A stretch of DNA of 64,000 nucleotides from positions 128,001-192,000 of the forward strand of contig JBFWLW010000002.1 in assembly GCA_050251945.1 (NCBI GenBank). Reading direction: 5' to 3'. The position numbers and the translations under genes were made by a program. Below, one piece after another: positions 1-9,581 of the stretch. The number at the start of each line of letters is the position of its first letter. Within the stretch, counting starts at the first letter, position 1. This DNA comes from Deferribacterales bacterium. GTDB taxonomy: Bacteria; Chrysiogenota; Deferribacteres; Deferribacterales; Geovibrionaceae. The notes beneath the pieces are model-generated. The model searched no databases. It saw nothing but the letters and a program-made list of their open reading frames with translations, and was not told the origin of the DNA.

Positions 1-663
1 AACATCGAAATAGAGATCGGACGCATACTTGACAAAAAGGTATGGCTGAAATCAGGCGGCTACATAGTCATAGATCAGGCGGAAGCGCTCACGGTTATCG
101 ACGTCAACACCGGAAAATTCGTGGGCAAGCGCAACTTTGAAGATACCATCCTCAAAACGAACCTTGAGGCGTCTAAAGAGATAGCGTGGCAGCTGCGCCT
201 CCGCAACATCGGCGGCATAATCATAGTCGATTTCATAGACATGGCGAAAGAGGAAAACCGTCAGAAGGTTCTGAAAACAATGGATCTGGAGCTGAAAAAC
301 GACAGAGCCAAAGCAAGCGTGGTGAATATCTCCCCGCTGGGGCTTGTGGAAATAACCAGAAAACGCGTTCAGGAGAGCCTTACCCGCTCACTGAGCGAAC
401 CCTGTCCATATTGTGAGGGACGAGGCATAGTTAAAAGCAAGCTCACCGTCTGCTACGACATTATGCGTGAAGTGCGCAGGATCGCCCCTTTTGTCCATAA
501 GAAAAAAGTCTATATTGAGGCACATCCCGACGTCGTCGACCTTCTGCTTGACGAGGAAAAAGGTTCCATGGACGAAATAGAACTGATGATGAGCATAGAG
601 GTGGAAATCACTCCCAACGAGACTTTCCACATACACGATTACGAAGTAACACCAATGGATTAA
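1..663 (+). CDS. rng: Ribonuclease G/E family (Rne/Rng), 5'-truncated by the window edge
   Basis: Frame is open from base 1 (..KVWLKSGGYIVIDQAEALTVIDVNTGKF); also LRLRNIGGIIIVDFIDM and the CPYCEGRG Zn-link. Confidence 0.92.
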   Translation, partial: NIEIEIGRILDKKVWLKSGGYIVIDQAEALTVIDVNTGKFVGKRNFEDTILKTNLEASKEIAWQLRLRNIGGIIIVDFIDMAKEENRQKVLKTMDLELKNDRAKASVVNISPLGLVEITRKRVQESLTRSLSEPCPYCEGRGIVKSKLTVCYDIMREVRRIAPFVHKKKVYIEAHPDVVDLLLDEEKGSMDEIELMMSIEVEITPNETFHIHDYEVTPMD

Positions 664-1265
664 TGATGTACAACAGACAGGACGCATTTTACAAAAAGGC
701 TAAGCGCGAAGGCTACCGCAGCCGCGCCGCCTATAAACTTATCGAACTTAACAAAAAATACGAGATATACCGTAACGGTCATAACGTACTCGACGTGGGC
801 TGTGCACCCGGCGGGTGGACGCAGGTCGTTCTGCAAATGTCAAAGACCCGGGTTGTCGGTGTTGACCTGCTCGAAACAGGCGATATGGAAATGGAACGAT
901 TCAAATTCATTCTGGGCGACATCACCACTCAGGAGACTGTGGACGAGGTTCTTGCTGCCTGCTCCGGTTACGATGCCGTCATATCCGACGCAGCGCCTAA
1001 TACGTCAGGCTCAAAACTTCTCGACCATGTGAACTCCATAGAACTGGTGCGCAAAATATTCTATTTTGCCTGCTCCGTTCTGAAACCCCACGGGAACTTC
1101 ATCTGTAAGGTATTCGAGGGTGAGGACAGAGATGCGCTTGTGAAAGAGATGAAGGTTCATTTCGACTTCTGCAAGCACATACGCCCCGAAGCCACACGCA
1201 AAGGCTCGTTTGAAATGTATATAATCCTTAAAGGTTTCAAAGGATTACCGAAAAATGAACAATGA
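663..1265 (+). CDS. rlmE: 23S rRNA Um2552 2'-O-methyltransferase (FtsJ/RlmE)
   Basis: GYRSRAAYKL, VLDVGCAPGGW, ISDAAPN and FICKVF motifs. Confidence 0.93.
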   Translation: MMYNRQDAFYKKAKREGYRSRAAYKLIELNKKYEIYRNGHNVLDVGCAPGGWTQVVLQMSKTRVVGVDLLETGDMEMERFKFILGDITTQETVDEVLAACSGYDAVISDAAPNTSGSKLLDHVNSIELVRKIFYFACSVLKPHGNFICKVFEGEDRDALVKEMKVHFDFCKHIRPEATRKGSFEMYIILKGFKGLPKNEQ

Positions 1266-2013
1266 CCTTTTAACCATACTTAATCTTGTTTCCGAAGGTT
1301 CTCTGGATGCAATGCAGGCATTTGAAAAGATTCAGGGATTCACAAACGGAAGCGATGCGAAGATAGACACCGACAGAAAAAACCGCGTCGGTTTTGAAGA
1401 GGTGGTCTACGGACAGGGAAAAACCGCAGAACAGGTGGCTTCCATCTCGAAAACATATGCTGAAAAAGGAATGAACTTAGTCTGTACGGGACTGTCTGAT
1501 GAGAAGATAAACGAACTCAGGGAACTTTGCCCTGACTGCACCTTCGTTCCGGAAGCCGGAATAATGAAACGCTTCCTGAAACCTATTGAGGCAAAAGAAG
1601 GTTCCGTTGCCGTCATAACCGCAGGAACAAGCGACCTTAAAGTTGCGAAAGAAGCGAAGGAAATTCTGGAGTTTTGCGGAGTTCATGCGGAACTCTATGC
1701 AGACATCGGGGTGGCAGGCATACACAGATTTTTAAGCCACAAAGATGATATATCGCGAGCGGACGTTATAATCGTTATCGCAGGAATGGAAGGCGCACTG
1801 CCCTCCATAACCGGCGGAATATTCCCACAGCCTGTTATAGCAGTTCCCACTTCTGCCGGATACGGAACGGCATTGCACGGCTTCACCGCTCTGTTTGCGA
1901 TGTTGACAAGCTGCGCGGCAGGGCTTACAGTGGTAAACATAGATAATGGCTTCGGTGCCGCCATGGCGGCTGTGCGGGTTATAAACATTTTGAACCTGCG
2001 TAAAAACCGCTAA
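1255..2013 (+). CDS. larB: Nickel pincer cofactor biosynthesis protein LarB (AIR carboxylase-like)
   Basis: EVVYGQGKT, TAGTSD, DIGVAGIHR, AGMEGALPS, VVNIDNGFGAA. Confidence 0.88.
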   Translation: MNNDLLTILNLVSEGSLDAMQAFEKIQGFTNGSDAKIDTDRKNRVGFEEVVYGQGKTAEQVASISKTYAEKGMNLVCTGLSDEKINELRELCPDCTFVPEAGIMKRFLKPIEAKEGSVAVITAGTSDLKVAKEAKEILEFCGVHAELYADIGVAGIHRFLSHKDDISRADVIIVIAGMEGALPSITGGIFPQPVIAVPTSAGYGTALHGFTALFAMLTSCAAGLTVVNIDNGFGAAMAAVRVINILNLRKNR

Positions 2014-2166
2014 GAGAGCCTTGCACCATCTTATTTGCATATTCGGATTTTAATACACAGTATACTTTAAACAATTTTCCTATGGCAATTTTTGGGACAT
2101 ACTGCTAACTTATGTCCATTATACAGTGATTCTGTGACATTTATTTTAAAAAAACGGAGGAGAAAA

Positions 2167-2553
2167 ATGCCCAGACCATCTAAGCCTAGAGTTATAGGCG
2201 CAAAACCAGAGATTTCAAGTTTTAAACCCAGAGGTATCGCCGCAAAAAAACTTAAAGCGGTAAATCTGACACTGGACGAGTTTGAAGCCATCCGCCTTGC
2301 GGACTATCAGGGGCTTTCACATGAGGACGCAGCAGTTCTTATGAACATTTCACGCCCCACTTTTTCAAGACTTGTTGAAAAAGCAAGAATCAAAGTTGCA
2401 TCTTTCATCATTGAAGGATCGGAACTGAACATTTCCGGCGGAAACGTACTTTTTCAGGAAAGAGGATGCAGCGTCTTCAAACAGGATCTGCCCGAAAGCA
2501 GAATAGAAAGACGCAAACACTCAGCGGCAGCTATGGAAGGAAGTTTTTGCTGA
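2167..2553 (+). CDS. DUF134 family HTH DNA-binding protein
   Basis: MPRP..FKPRG..LTLDEFEAIRLADYQGLSHEDAA..ISRPTF; start moved to ATG 2167 after a GGAGG RBS. Confidence 0.85.
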   Translation: MPRPSKPRVIGAKPEISSFKPRGIAAKKLKAVNLTLDEFEAIRLADYQGLSHEDAAVLMNISRPTFSRLVEKARIKVASFIIEGSELNISGGNVLFQERGCSVFKQDLPESRIERRKHSAAAMEGSFC

Positions 2554-2587
2554 TAAACTAAAAATTTAGGCGACCGGAAGGTCGCCT

Positions 2588-2757
2588 AAGACTTATGACA
2601 AATGTTTATAAAGACGAGATTGCTTCGCTTTATTCGACAAATAGTTTAAAGTGGACTCATTCAGCCTTCGGCTAGTGCTCGCAAAGACGAAAAGAAAAAA
2701 CTGTCTCTGCGGGGAGCATGGCGATGAAGCAGTCTCATTGGGTTTCATCAAAATGAC
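2588..2757. mobile_element. MITE copy 1 (right terminal repeat degraded), flanked by a 21-bp direct repeat of a terminator hairpin
   Basis: TAGGCGACCGGAAGGTCGCCT at 2567-2587 and 2758-2778; left end AAGACTTATGACAAA; body alignable to 15696-15871 (reverse) and 20403-20635. Confidence 0.8.
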
Positions 2758-2783
2758 TAGGCGACCGGAAGGTCGCCTTTTTT
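2758..2783 (+). terminator. Intrinsic terminator downstream of the DUF134 gene
   Basis: AGGCGACC-GGAA-GGTCGCCT stem-loop followed by a T-run. Confidence 0.8.
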
Positions 2784-2799
2784 ATTTCATTCAATATTT

Positions 2800-2831
2800 T
2801 GTCTTTGCGAGAAGCATAGCAACAAAGCAAA
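2800..2831. repeat. Degenerate single REP-like arm upstream of the TIR gene
   Basis: TGTCTTTGCGAGAAGC...AAAGCAA resembles the CGTCTTTGCGAG...GAAGCAATC arm found elsewhere in the window. Confidence 0.55.
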
Positions 2832-2996
2832 CTTTAAATATATAATAATTTAGTGAATAAAAATTAAATTATGATAAATCCTTATATTCAGACATATACC
2901 GTAATTGCATTTTCTACCTTCACCAGCTTAAAACGACTTGATACCAATAACACAGGATGATAATATTTGAAATAATCCATCACATGGTTGTAAATT

Positions 2997-4025
2997 ATGA
3001 AAGTATTTTTAAGTTGGTCAGGCGAGCTTAGTCATAGAATTGCTACAGTACTAAGAGATTGGTTTCCATCTGTTATTCAATCAATAGACCCGTATGTATC
3101 CTCTGAAGACATAGACAAAGGCACTCGTTGGAGCACTGACATCGCAAAAGAATTAGAAGATTCTAGTTTTGGAATCCTTTGTGTTACAAAAGGTAACATT
3201 GATGCTCCTTGGCTTAATTTTGAAGCGGGTGCATTATCTAAAGCAATTAACTATAGTTTTGTTTGCCCTTTTCTTTTCGGTTTAAAACGCTCTGAGATAA
3301 ATGGTCCTATTTTACAATTTCAGTCAACTGTATTTGAAAAAGAAGACATAAGAAAACTGATACATACTCTAAACAAGGCTTGTTGCGACATCACACTAAC
3401 TGATGACAGAATAAATAAAGCATTTGATGTATGGTATCCAACTCTAGAAGAACAATTAAAATCATTGGAATCAGAAGCGGCTCCTGTAAAAAAAACCAAA
3501 AAACCTGAACAAGAAGATGAAAAAATACTTGAAGAAATTTTAAATATTTCAAGAATAAACCATCGAATATTAAGAGCAACTGAAAAGGAAACAGACGATA
3601 GTATAACGGAAATAAAAAAACAAATTGACGAATTATCAGCTAAATACATGCGTCCCTACGAAATGAACACAAATATTATGAAACGTAAATTCCACCCAAT
3701 GATGTTTGAAGAATTTCTACATTATTCTTTAAGTAAAAAAAGTAACTACATAGGTATATTATTAACATTATCTTTTTTTAAATCTGATTTACCGTGGATT
3801 TATGAAGCAAGTTACGAAGCAATTAATATGCTAAAGCAAACTGATTCTTACGAAGTAAAAAAGGAAATAATAGCCAACTTAAACGATATATTTGAGTTAT
3901 CTATTAAACATCCTATGTTTAGAGAGGTATTCGATTACGACCCAAAAATGCGTATGATGAGTAAGGATATTTCTCGATTACTCATAAGGGCAATTGAAAA
4001 TGTAACATTCAATCAGGATTACTAA
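2997..4025 (+). CDS. TIR domain-containing protein (N-terminal TIR, helical/coiled-coil C-terminus)
   Basis: MKVFLSWSG, DIDKGTRW, GILCVT and PWLNFEAGAL (conserved Glu); visibly AT-rich compared with neighbours. Confidence 0.85.
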   Translation: MKVFLSWSGELSHRIATVLRDWFPSVIQSIDPYVSSEDIDKGTRWSTDIAKELEDSSFGILCVTKGNIDAPWLNFEAGALSKAINYSFVCPFLFGLKRSEINGPILQFQSTVFEKEDIRKLIHTLNKACCDITLTDDRINKAFDVWYPTLEEQLKSLESEAAPVKKTKKPEQEDEKILEEILNISRINHRILRATEKETDDSITEIKKQIDELSAKYMRPYEMNTNIMKRKFHPMMFEEFLHYSLSKKSNYIGILLTLSFFKSDLPWIYEASYEAINMLKQTDSYEVKKEIIANLNDIFELSIKHPMFREVFDYDPKMRMMSKDISRLLIRAIENVTFNQDY

Positions 4026-4088
4026 TAACTGTAATTAATATTATTATACACATGCGCAATGAGCACTATCAATGAAACAATCTTTTTC

Positions 4089-4111
4089 AGACTGCTTCAC
4101 TCGCAGAGACG
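4089..4111. repeat. Degenerate single REP-like arm downstream of the TIR gene, inverted relative to 2800-2831
   Basis: AGACTGCTTCACTCGCAGAGACG matches the GAGACTGCTTC...CTCGCAGAGACG arm at 15386. Confidence 0.6.
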
Positions 4112-4137
4112 GCTATTTGTTAATGTGCAAAACACTA

Positions 4138-4812
4138 TCAATGCTGACGTTCACCTGCAATAATCAGTACGAACGGTTTCTTAATCTTATCCGGTATCGC
4201 CGCTGCTATCTCTTTCGCGGTTCCGCGGTATGTCTTCTCGTCGGGCATCCCCAGATTGAAAGACATGCTCATGGGGCGGTCGATGAATAAAACTTCCTCT
4301 ATAAGCTGGTTAGCGTGGTAAGGTCTTTCAAACAGAACGACTGTGTCCTTGTTGTTCATTACCCTGTCCATGAATTTCTTGCGAAGAACGCTGTCCTTCG
4401 GCGGGAATCCTGCAAAGTAGAATCTTTCGGAAAAATATCCCGAAATGGACAGAGCCGCTGTGATTGACGAAGGACCGGGAACGGAAATAACGTTAAAACC
4501 GGATTCCCATGCCATGTTCACAAAATCATAGCCGGGGTCTGCCACGCATGGCGTACCGGAATCGCTCATCAGAAGAATATTCTCATGACCTTTGCATATA
4601 TCCAGCAGAAATTCCTTATCGCGGTCGAGGGAATGCTCGTTAAGAAGCATCTGCTCCTTGTCGCGAAAGCCTGACGCTGCAAGCATTCTGCCGAGATTTC
4701 TCTTGTCCTCGCCTATGATAAGAGAGCATTTTTCAACCACTTCAAAAAGATATGCCGGAGAGCCTGCATACTCGCCGCTGATACTTGTCCCCGCTATATA
4801 AAGTGTCTTCAT
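4138..4812 (-). CDS. rsmI: RsmI-like tetrapyrrole-family rRNA methyltransferase
   Basis: LMSDSGTPCVADPG, VPGPSSITAALSISG, FYFAGFPP. Confidence 0.78.
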   Translation of the reverse strand: MKTLYIAGTSISGEYAGSPAYLFEVVEKCSLIIGEDKRNLGRMLAASGFRDKEQMLLNEHSLDRDKEFLLDICKGHENILLMSDSGTPCVADPGYDFVNMAWESGFNVISVPGPSSITAALSISGYFSERFYFAGFPPKDSVLRKKFMDRVMNNKDTVVLFERPYHANQLIEEVLFIDRPMSMSFNLGMPDEKTYRGTAKEIAAAIPDKIKKPFVLIIAGERQH

Positions 4813-6080
4813 GCTTTTATCACTTCCAGACCGCCCAGATAGGGTCTGAGGGCTTCGGGAACGGTAACTGAACCGTCCTCGTTCTGATAGTTTTCAAGCA
4901 CGGCAACAAGTGTTCTGCCGACAGCAAGCCCAGAACCGTTCAGGGTATGAGCGAACTCGACTTTTTTGCCATCCTTTCTGCGAAGACGTATCGAAGCGCG
5001 GCGCGCCTGATAGTCCACGAATGTTGAACAGGAGGATATCTCTCTGTATGTGTTTGCGGACGGGAGCCAGACCTCGATGTCGTAGGTCTTGGCAGATGAG
5101 AAACCAATATCGCCGGAACAGAGAGTCATAACTCTGTATGGAAGTCCCAGCGTACGCAGTATATTTTCAGCGGAATCGAGCAGTTCCGCGAGTTCATTAT
5201 CGGAATCTTCCGGAGCTGTTATCTTAACAAGCTCAACCTTGTTGAACTGGTGCTGGCGGATAAGTCCGCGAACGTCCTTTCCGTGTGAACCGGCTTCCCT
5301 GCGGAAACATGCGGAGTATGAGCAGTGGCGGATGGGCAGTTCAGTTTCGGGGATTATCTCTCCGCTGTAAAGGTTTGTTACGGATACTTCAGCAGTGGGG
5401 ATAAGATAAAGCTCGTCACGTTCGCATTTGAAGAGTTCCTCTTCAAACTTGGGGAGCTGTCCCGTTCCGCGCATGGCGTCGGCGTTAACAAGATAAGGCG
5501 CAAGCACCTCTTTGTATCCGCGCTCTGCGTGGGTATCCAGCATGAAGTTGATGAGCGCTCTTTCAAGCTTTGCGCCCATGCCCATGTATGCGGTGAATCT
5601 CGATTTCGCGATCTTCGTTCCGCGTTCAAAATCAAGAATTTTAAGATTTTCGGCTATGTCCCAGTGTGCTTTGGGTTCAAAAGAGAATTTTTTCGGTTCG
5701 CCCCATGTCTTGTAGAGAACGTTCTCAGTTTCATCTTTTCCCACAGGCACTTCGTCTTTAACGAGGTTCGGAAGGCTGAGAAGCATCTCCTCCATCTTCG
5801 CCTGAATCTCACCGAGGGTCTTGTCGTTCGCGTCTATCTCGTCTCCGGCAAGGCGCATCTTCTCCTGAATTTCGGAGATATCGCCGCCCTCTTTGCGTAT
5901 TCTGCCAATCTCTTTGCTTACGGTGTTGCGCCCGCTCTTCAGTTCGTCGTTCTTCGCCTGAAGTTTTTTGCGTTCCGCATCCAGAGCCATAAGTCCGTCA
6001 AAGTCAAAATTTGCTCCTCTGTCGGCTGTCTTTTTGCGGGCAACGTCCGTATTCGCGATTATATATTTAATGTCAAGCAT
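4809..6080 (-). CDS. serS: Serine--tRNA ligase
   Basis: LIPTAEV, FRREAGSHGKDVRGLIRQHQFNKVEL, YREISSCS, HTLNGSGLAVGRT. Confidence 0.98.
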   Translation of the reverse strand: MLDIKYIIANTDVARKKTADRGANFDFDGLMALDAERKKLQAKNDELKSGRNTVSKEIGRIRKEGGDISEIQEKMRLAGDEIDANDKTLGEIQAKMEEMLLSLPNLVKDEVPVGKDETENVLYKTWGEPKKFSFEPKAHWDIAENLKILDFERGTKIAKSRFTAYMGMGAKLERALINFMLDTHAERGYKEVLAPYLVNADAMRGTGQLPKFEEELFKCERDELYLIPTAEVSVTNLYSGEIIPETELPIRHCSYSACFRREAGSHGKDVRGLIRQHQFNKVELVKITAPEDSDNELAELLDSAENILRTLGLPYRVMTLCSGDIGFSSAKTYDIEVWLPSANTYREISSCSTFVDYQARRASIRLRRKDGKKVEFAHTLNGSGLAVGRTLVAVLENYQNEDGSVTVPEALRPYLGGLEVIKA

Positions 6081-6084
6081 CGTG

Positions 6085-6858
6085 TCAGGCTCCTTTTTTA
6101 TCCAGTCTCTTCTGTACCTTGTCCAGAAGAACCATCAGCTGCTTCGCAACGTCTTTTGCATATTTGGTGTCGGGCTTCTCTTTCAGAAGCAGGTTGAAAT
6201 ATCTGAGAGCCTCAGTCTCTTTTCCGTCCTGCGCGGCATAGTACATGCCGTATTCGTAAAGAGAGTCCTCATATGCGTTCGTATCTTTATATCTTTCGAT
6301 GATGTAATCCAGTCTTTTGATGCCCGCCTGCGGCTCCCCTATGCGGATATAGAATTTACCTACGTAAAGTTCTCTTTCTGCGAGCATGTTGCGCAGATCG
6401 ACTATCTTTTTGGTCAGGTCGTATTCCTTGGCGAACGCCGGATCTTTCTCCCGCAGTGCCGAGAAGCTTTTAAGCGCTCCCTCTGCGGCGGACATATCCC
6501 TGTCAACTTTGTCGATCAGCGCGTAATGGGAAAGACCCAGCCTGAGCATAGCGGTGTTTGCATCCTCCGAGGTACTGTAAACGTCGAGATACTGCTGATA
6601 AGCGGGTATCGCCTCGGGATATCTTTTACCCATGAAATATGAATCCGCAAGAAAAAGCTGTGCTTTTGCAGCCATATCGGGAGATTCAGCCTCCATAATG
6701 GAGTTCTCGAACATAGGGATAGCCTCGTCGTAGTTCTTTTTCTGGAAATAAGCGAGACCTTTCTGCATACTCTCATCCGCAGTGAGATGCGGCTGGGGTT
6801 TTGTACAGGAAAAAAGTGCGGCGGCTGCCAGCATGAAAACAAAAAGCTTTTTCATCAT
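6085..6858 (-). CDS. bamD: Outer membrane protein assembly lipoprotein BamD
   Basis: Lipobox LFSC, TPR helices, DRDMS and LAERELYVGKFY motifs. Confidence 0.85.
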   Translation of the reverse strand: MMKKLFVFMLAAAALFSCTKPQPHLTADESMQKGLAYFQKKNYDEAIPMFENSIMEAESPDMAAKAQLFLADSYFMGKRYPEAIPAYQQYLDVYSTSEDANTAMLRLGLSHYALIDKVDRDMSAAEGALKSFSALREKDPAFAKEYDLTKKIVDLRNMLAERELYVGKFYIRIGEPQAGIKRLDYIIERYKDTNAYEDSLYEYGMYYAAQDGKETEALRYFNLLLKEKPDTKYAKDVAKQLMVLLDKVQKRLDKKGA

Positions 6859-6859
6859 A

Positions 6860-8173
6860 TCACCATGTGTTATCTGTTATTTCGCAATAAATATCGGGAT
6901 AAACTATCCTTTTAATTCTGCATCTGTAAGGACCGAAGCCTCTGTCGGCAAGCCCGCCTATTATATAGGTGTGCCCGTCGATCTCAGGAGCCTGAAAAAC
7001 CGCCCTGCCCTGAAGAATGAATTCCGACTCATCGCTTTCGCCCTCGACCCACGCGATTATGTCGTCTTTTTTCATCGATTTCAAGCGGGTATTAGTGTTC
7101 TCTTTCTGCAGTTTCTGCAAAACTTTTATGCGTCTGTTCACTTCGCGCTTGCCCACAGGCTGTCCGAGGTTATAAGCGGAAGTCCCCTTCTCTCTGTAAT
7201 AAGGGAAAAAACCTGCGAAATCGGGCTTATGTTTTTTCAGAAAAGCGATAAGCTCGTCAAAATCCGCCTCCGTCTCTCCGGGAAAGCCCACGATCATCGT
7301 GGTGCGCAGAAAACTTTTCGGGTCTTTTCTGCGGATGGCGGCAAAAACCCTGTCTATCATCTCAGGATCCGATTTACGTTTCATCGCCTTAAGCATTCCG
7401 GAGCTGTAGTGCTGAACCGGAATATCGAAATAGCTGAGTATCTTATCCGAAGAACAGATGGTTTCGATAAGTTCGTCATCCACTCCGTCGGGGTTCATGT
7501 ACATCACCCTGACAGTGAAATCACCCTCAATGTTCTCTATTTTTTTCAGAAGCGGCACAATCTCTTTCCGTCCGTAAAGGTCGGTTCCGTATTTTGTGTT
7601 GTCCTGAGAAATAATTATTATCTCTTTTACACCCTGTTTAACAAGGTTTTCCGCCTCAGCCAGAATATCCTCTGCGGGGCGGCTGACAAGCTGTCCGCGG
7701 ATTCCTGGGATAGCGCAGTAAGAGCATTTATTGTTGCACCCTTCCGATATTTTAAGATACGCAAAATATGGGGTGTTGGCTATCAGGCGCGCAGTGCCGT
7801 AATTTTTCGGGCGCTCGCCTGTGCCGTTCAGAAAACCTATAACTTTATCGAGTTCACCGACACCCGTAAAGAAATCTATCTCCGGCATTTCTTTGAGCAG
7901 TTCCAGTTTATACCGTTCGCTCATGCATCCTGTGACGATGAGTTTGGCATCCTTATGTTTGCGTCTGCTCATTTCCAGTATGTTCTCAATCGCCTCCGCA
8001 ACGGCAGGTTCGATGAATCCGCAGGTGTTGATGACGATAGCGTCTGAATCCTCCGGAACATGGGTTATCTCATATCCTTCATCTTTGATGGAACCCATAA
8101 GATATTCGAGATCCACCTGATTTTTTGAACAGCCGAGGCTGATGAATGAAATTTTCTTATTTTTGTCTTTCAA
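6860..8173 (-). CDS. rimO: Ribosomal protein S12 methylthiotransferase
   Basis: SLGCSKNQVD, INTCGFI, radical SAM CNNKCSYC, QAPEIDG TRAM region. Confidence 0.93.
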   Translation of the reverse strand: MKDKNKKISFISLGCSKNQVDLEYLMGSIKDEGYEITHVPEDSDAIVINTCGFIEPAVAEAIENILEMSRRKHKDAKLIVTGCMSERYKLELLKEMPEIDFFTGVGELDKVIGFLNGTGERPKNYGTARLIANTPYFAYLKISEGCNNKCSYCAIPGIRGQLVSRPAEDILAEAENLVKQGVKEIIIISQDNTKYGTDLYGRKEIVPLLKKIENIEGDFTVRVMYMNPDGVDDELIETICSSDKILSYFDIPVQHYSSGMLKAMKRKSDPEMIDRVFAAIRRKDPKSFLRTTMIVGFPGETEADFDELIAFLKKHKPDFAGFFPYYREKGTSAYNLGQPVGKREVNRRIKVLQKLQKENTNTRLKSMKKDDIIAWVEGESDESEFILQGRAVFQAPEIDGHTYIIGGLADRGFGPYRCRIKRIVYPDIYCEITDNTW

Positions 8174-9080
8174 AGAACACCTTTATGTTGTCACAATCGG
8201 TCTTAATCTGAGCCTTAAGCTCGTCCACCGATCCGAATTTCCTGTCGTGGCGGATGAAATGCACTATCTCCGCCTCAATATATTTCCCGTAGAGATTGCC
8301 TGAAAAATTGAACAGGTTCACCTCCACTCTTTTTTTAAGTCCGGAACCGACGGTTGGGCGTTCGCCTATGTAAAGCGCGCCGTTGTATCGTTTTCCGTCA
8401 ACGTTCACTGTTGCGGCATAGATACCGTTCATAGGGATAAGTTCGTTCTGCGGTTCTATGTTCGCAGTGGGAAAACCTATGCCCGTGGCGATGCCGTCGC
8501 CTTTGACGACCGTGCCGCCTATTGCAAAATTGCGTCCCAGAAGAGTGTTTGCGCAGTCAATTTCTCCCTCTGCAAGACATTTGCGTACGTTTGTGCTGGA
8601 AGCGGTCATACCGTTTATCTCGACCTTAGGCACCTGAATGGCGGTAAATCCCAGTCTGCTGCTGAGATGCACCAGAAAATCGAATGAACCCGCCCTTCCG
8701 CGACCAAAGCGGTAATCATAGCCCACAACGATGAAGGATGCACGCATCTTCTTCACCAGAAACTCGCTTACGAATATTTCGGGGTTGATGCCCGCCAGAT
8801 GTTCGTCGAACTTCATGAGAAAAAGTTTGTCCGCGCCGAGCTTTTCAAACTCGCGTATCTTCATGTCAAGAGTTGATATAAGGCGGATATCCGCCCCGAA
8901 GAATTTAAGCGGATGCGGCTCGAAAGTGACAAGGGCGCTTTCAAGTCCCTTCTCCTTTGCAAGACTCACCGTGCGGCGTATAAGCTGTGCGTGTCCCTCG
9001 TGCACGCCGTCAAAGTTGCCAAGACTGACAACCATATTTCTTTCCGACTGAAAAGAGGATATGTTTCTGATTATTTCCAT
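8157..9080 (-). CDS. ribF: Bifunctional riboflavin kinase/FAD synthetase
   Basis: GNFDGVHEGH, VGYDYRFG, GFPTAN, IGERPT. Confidence 0.95.
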   Translation of the reverse strand: MEIIRNISSFQSERNMVVSLGNFDGVHEGHAQLIRRTVSLAKEKGLESALVTFEPHPLKFFGADIRLISTLDMKIREFEKLGADKLFLMKFDEHLAGINPEIFVSEFLVKKMRASFIVVGYDYRFGRGRAGSFDFLVHLSSRLGFTAIQVPKVEINGMTASSTNVRKCLAEGEIDCANTLLGRNFAIGGTVVKGDGIATGIGFPTANIEPQNELIPMNGIYAATVNVDGKRYNGALYIGERPTVGSGLKKRVEVNLFNFSGNLYGKYIEAEIVHFIRHDRKFGSVDELKAQIKTDCDNIKVFFERQK

Positions 9081-9216
9081 CTATGTAATATGCCAGACGC
9101 ATTAATTTAATCAATCAGAATTTGATATAAAAACATCAATTCTTCATGGTTTTTTCACCAAATACCGTACATAAAAAAAATATAACATTTTGAATCTCTT
9201 AAATGTAAGTTTAATA

Positions 9217-9257
9217 TTGACATAATAGTATCTTGTCCATAATATTCATATATTCAT
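9217..9257 (+). promoter_or_regulatory. Sigma70-type promoter of the arsR-efflux operon with an overlapping ATATTCAT direct repeat
   Basis: TTGACA (9217-9222)-17 bp-TAATAT (9240-9245); ATATTCAT x2 at 9242-9257. Confidence 0.55.
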
Positions 9258-9278
9258 TTTTCGTTGGAGGTTTTTATT

Positions 9279-9581
9279 ATGGAAGAATGGTTCGCACTGT
9301 ACTCTGAAAAGCTCAAGGCGATCGGACACCCCATCAGACTCAAGCTTATGGTCGGCCTGATGAGCAACGAGTGCAACGTTACCAAAATCTGTAAAGGGCT
9401 TGATATCCCTCAGGCCACAACAAGTCAGCACCTTGCAATACTCAAGAACAAAGGGCTGATCAAAGGTAAAAGATCCGGAACAAGCATTTGCTACAGCATC
9501 GCAGACGAAGGCGTCAGAGCGATGATTAAAGAATTAATGGAGAAAACAGGATGCGTTTCCCCGTGCGAGGGTTCACACTAA
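9279..9581 (+). CDS. ArsR/SmtB family transcriptional regulator (Cys-rich)
   Basis: LKAIGHPIRL, PQATTSQHLAILK, wHTH; five Cys; GGAGG RBS before ATG 9279. Confidence 0.9.
   Translation: MEEWFALYSEKLKAIGHPIRLKLMVGLMSNECNVTKICKGLDIPQATTSQHLAILKNKGLIKGKRSGTSICYSIADEGVRAMIKELMEKTGCVSPCEGSH

Noticed and set aside
2567..2778. Direct-repeat pairs as mini-CRISPR arrays (also 15672 and 20383)
   Set aside because: Only two repeats each, different at every locus, while the intervening sequences are homologous and far too long for spacers; no cas genes.
2651..2845. Short ORFs over repeat elements (also 20410-20661 and 33146-33394)
   Set aside because: Chance frames across palindromic repeats; no RBS and no transposase similarity.
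2997..4025. Calling the TIR gene Thoeris or CBASS
   Set aside because: No thsA, cyclase or other partner gene is adjacent.
5325..6642. 290-aa and 224-aa + strand ORFs
   Set aside because: Antisense to serS and bamD.
6782..8047. 421-aa + strand ORF
   Set aside because: Antisense shadow of rimO with no motifs.
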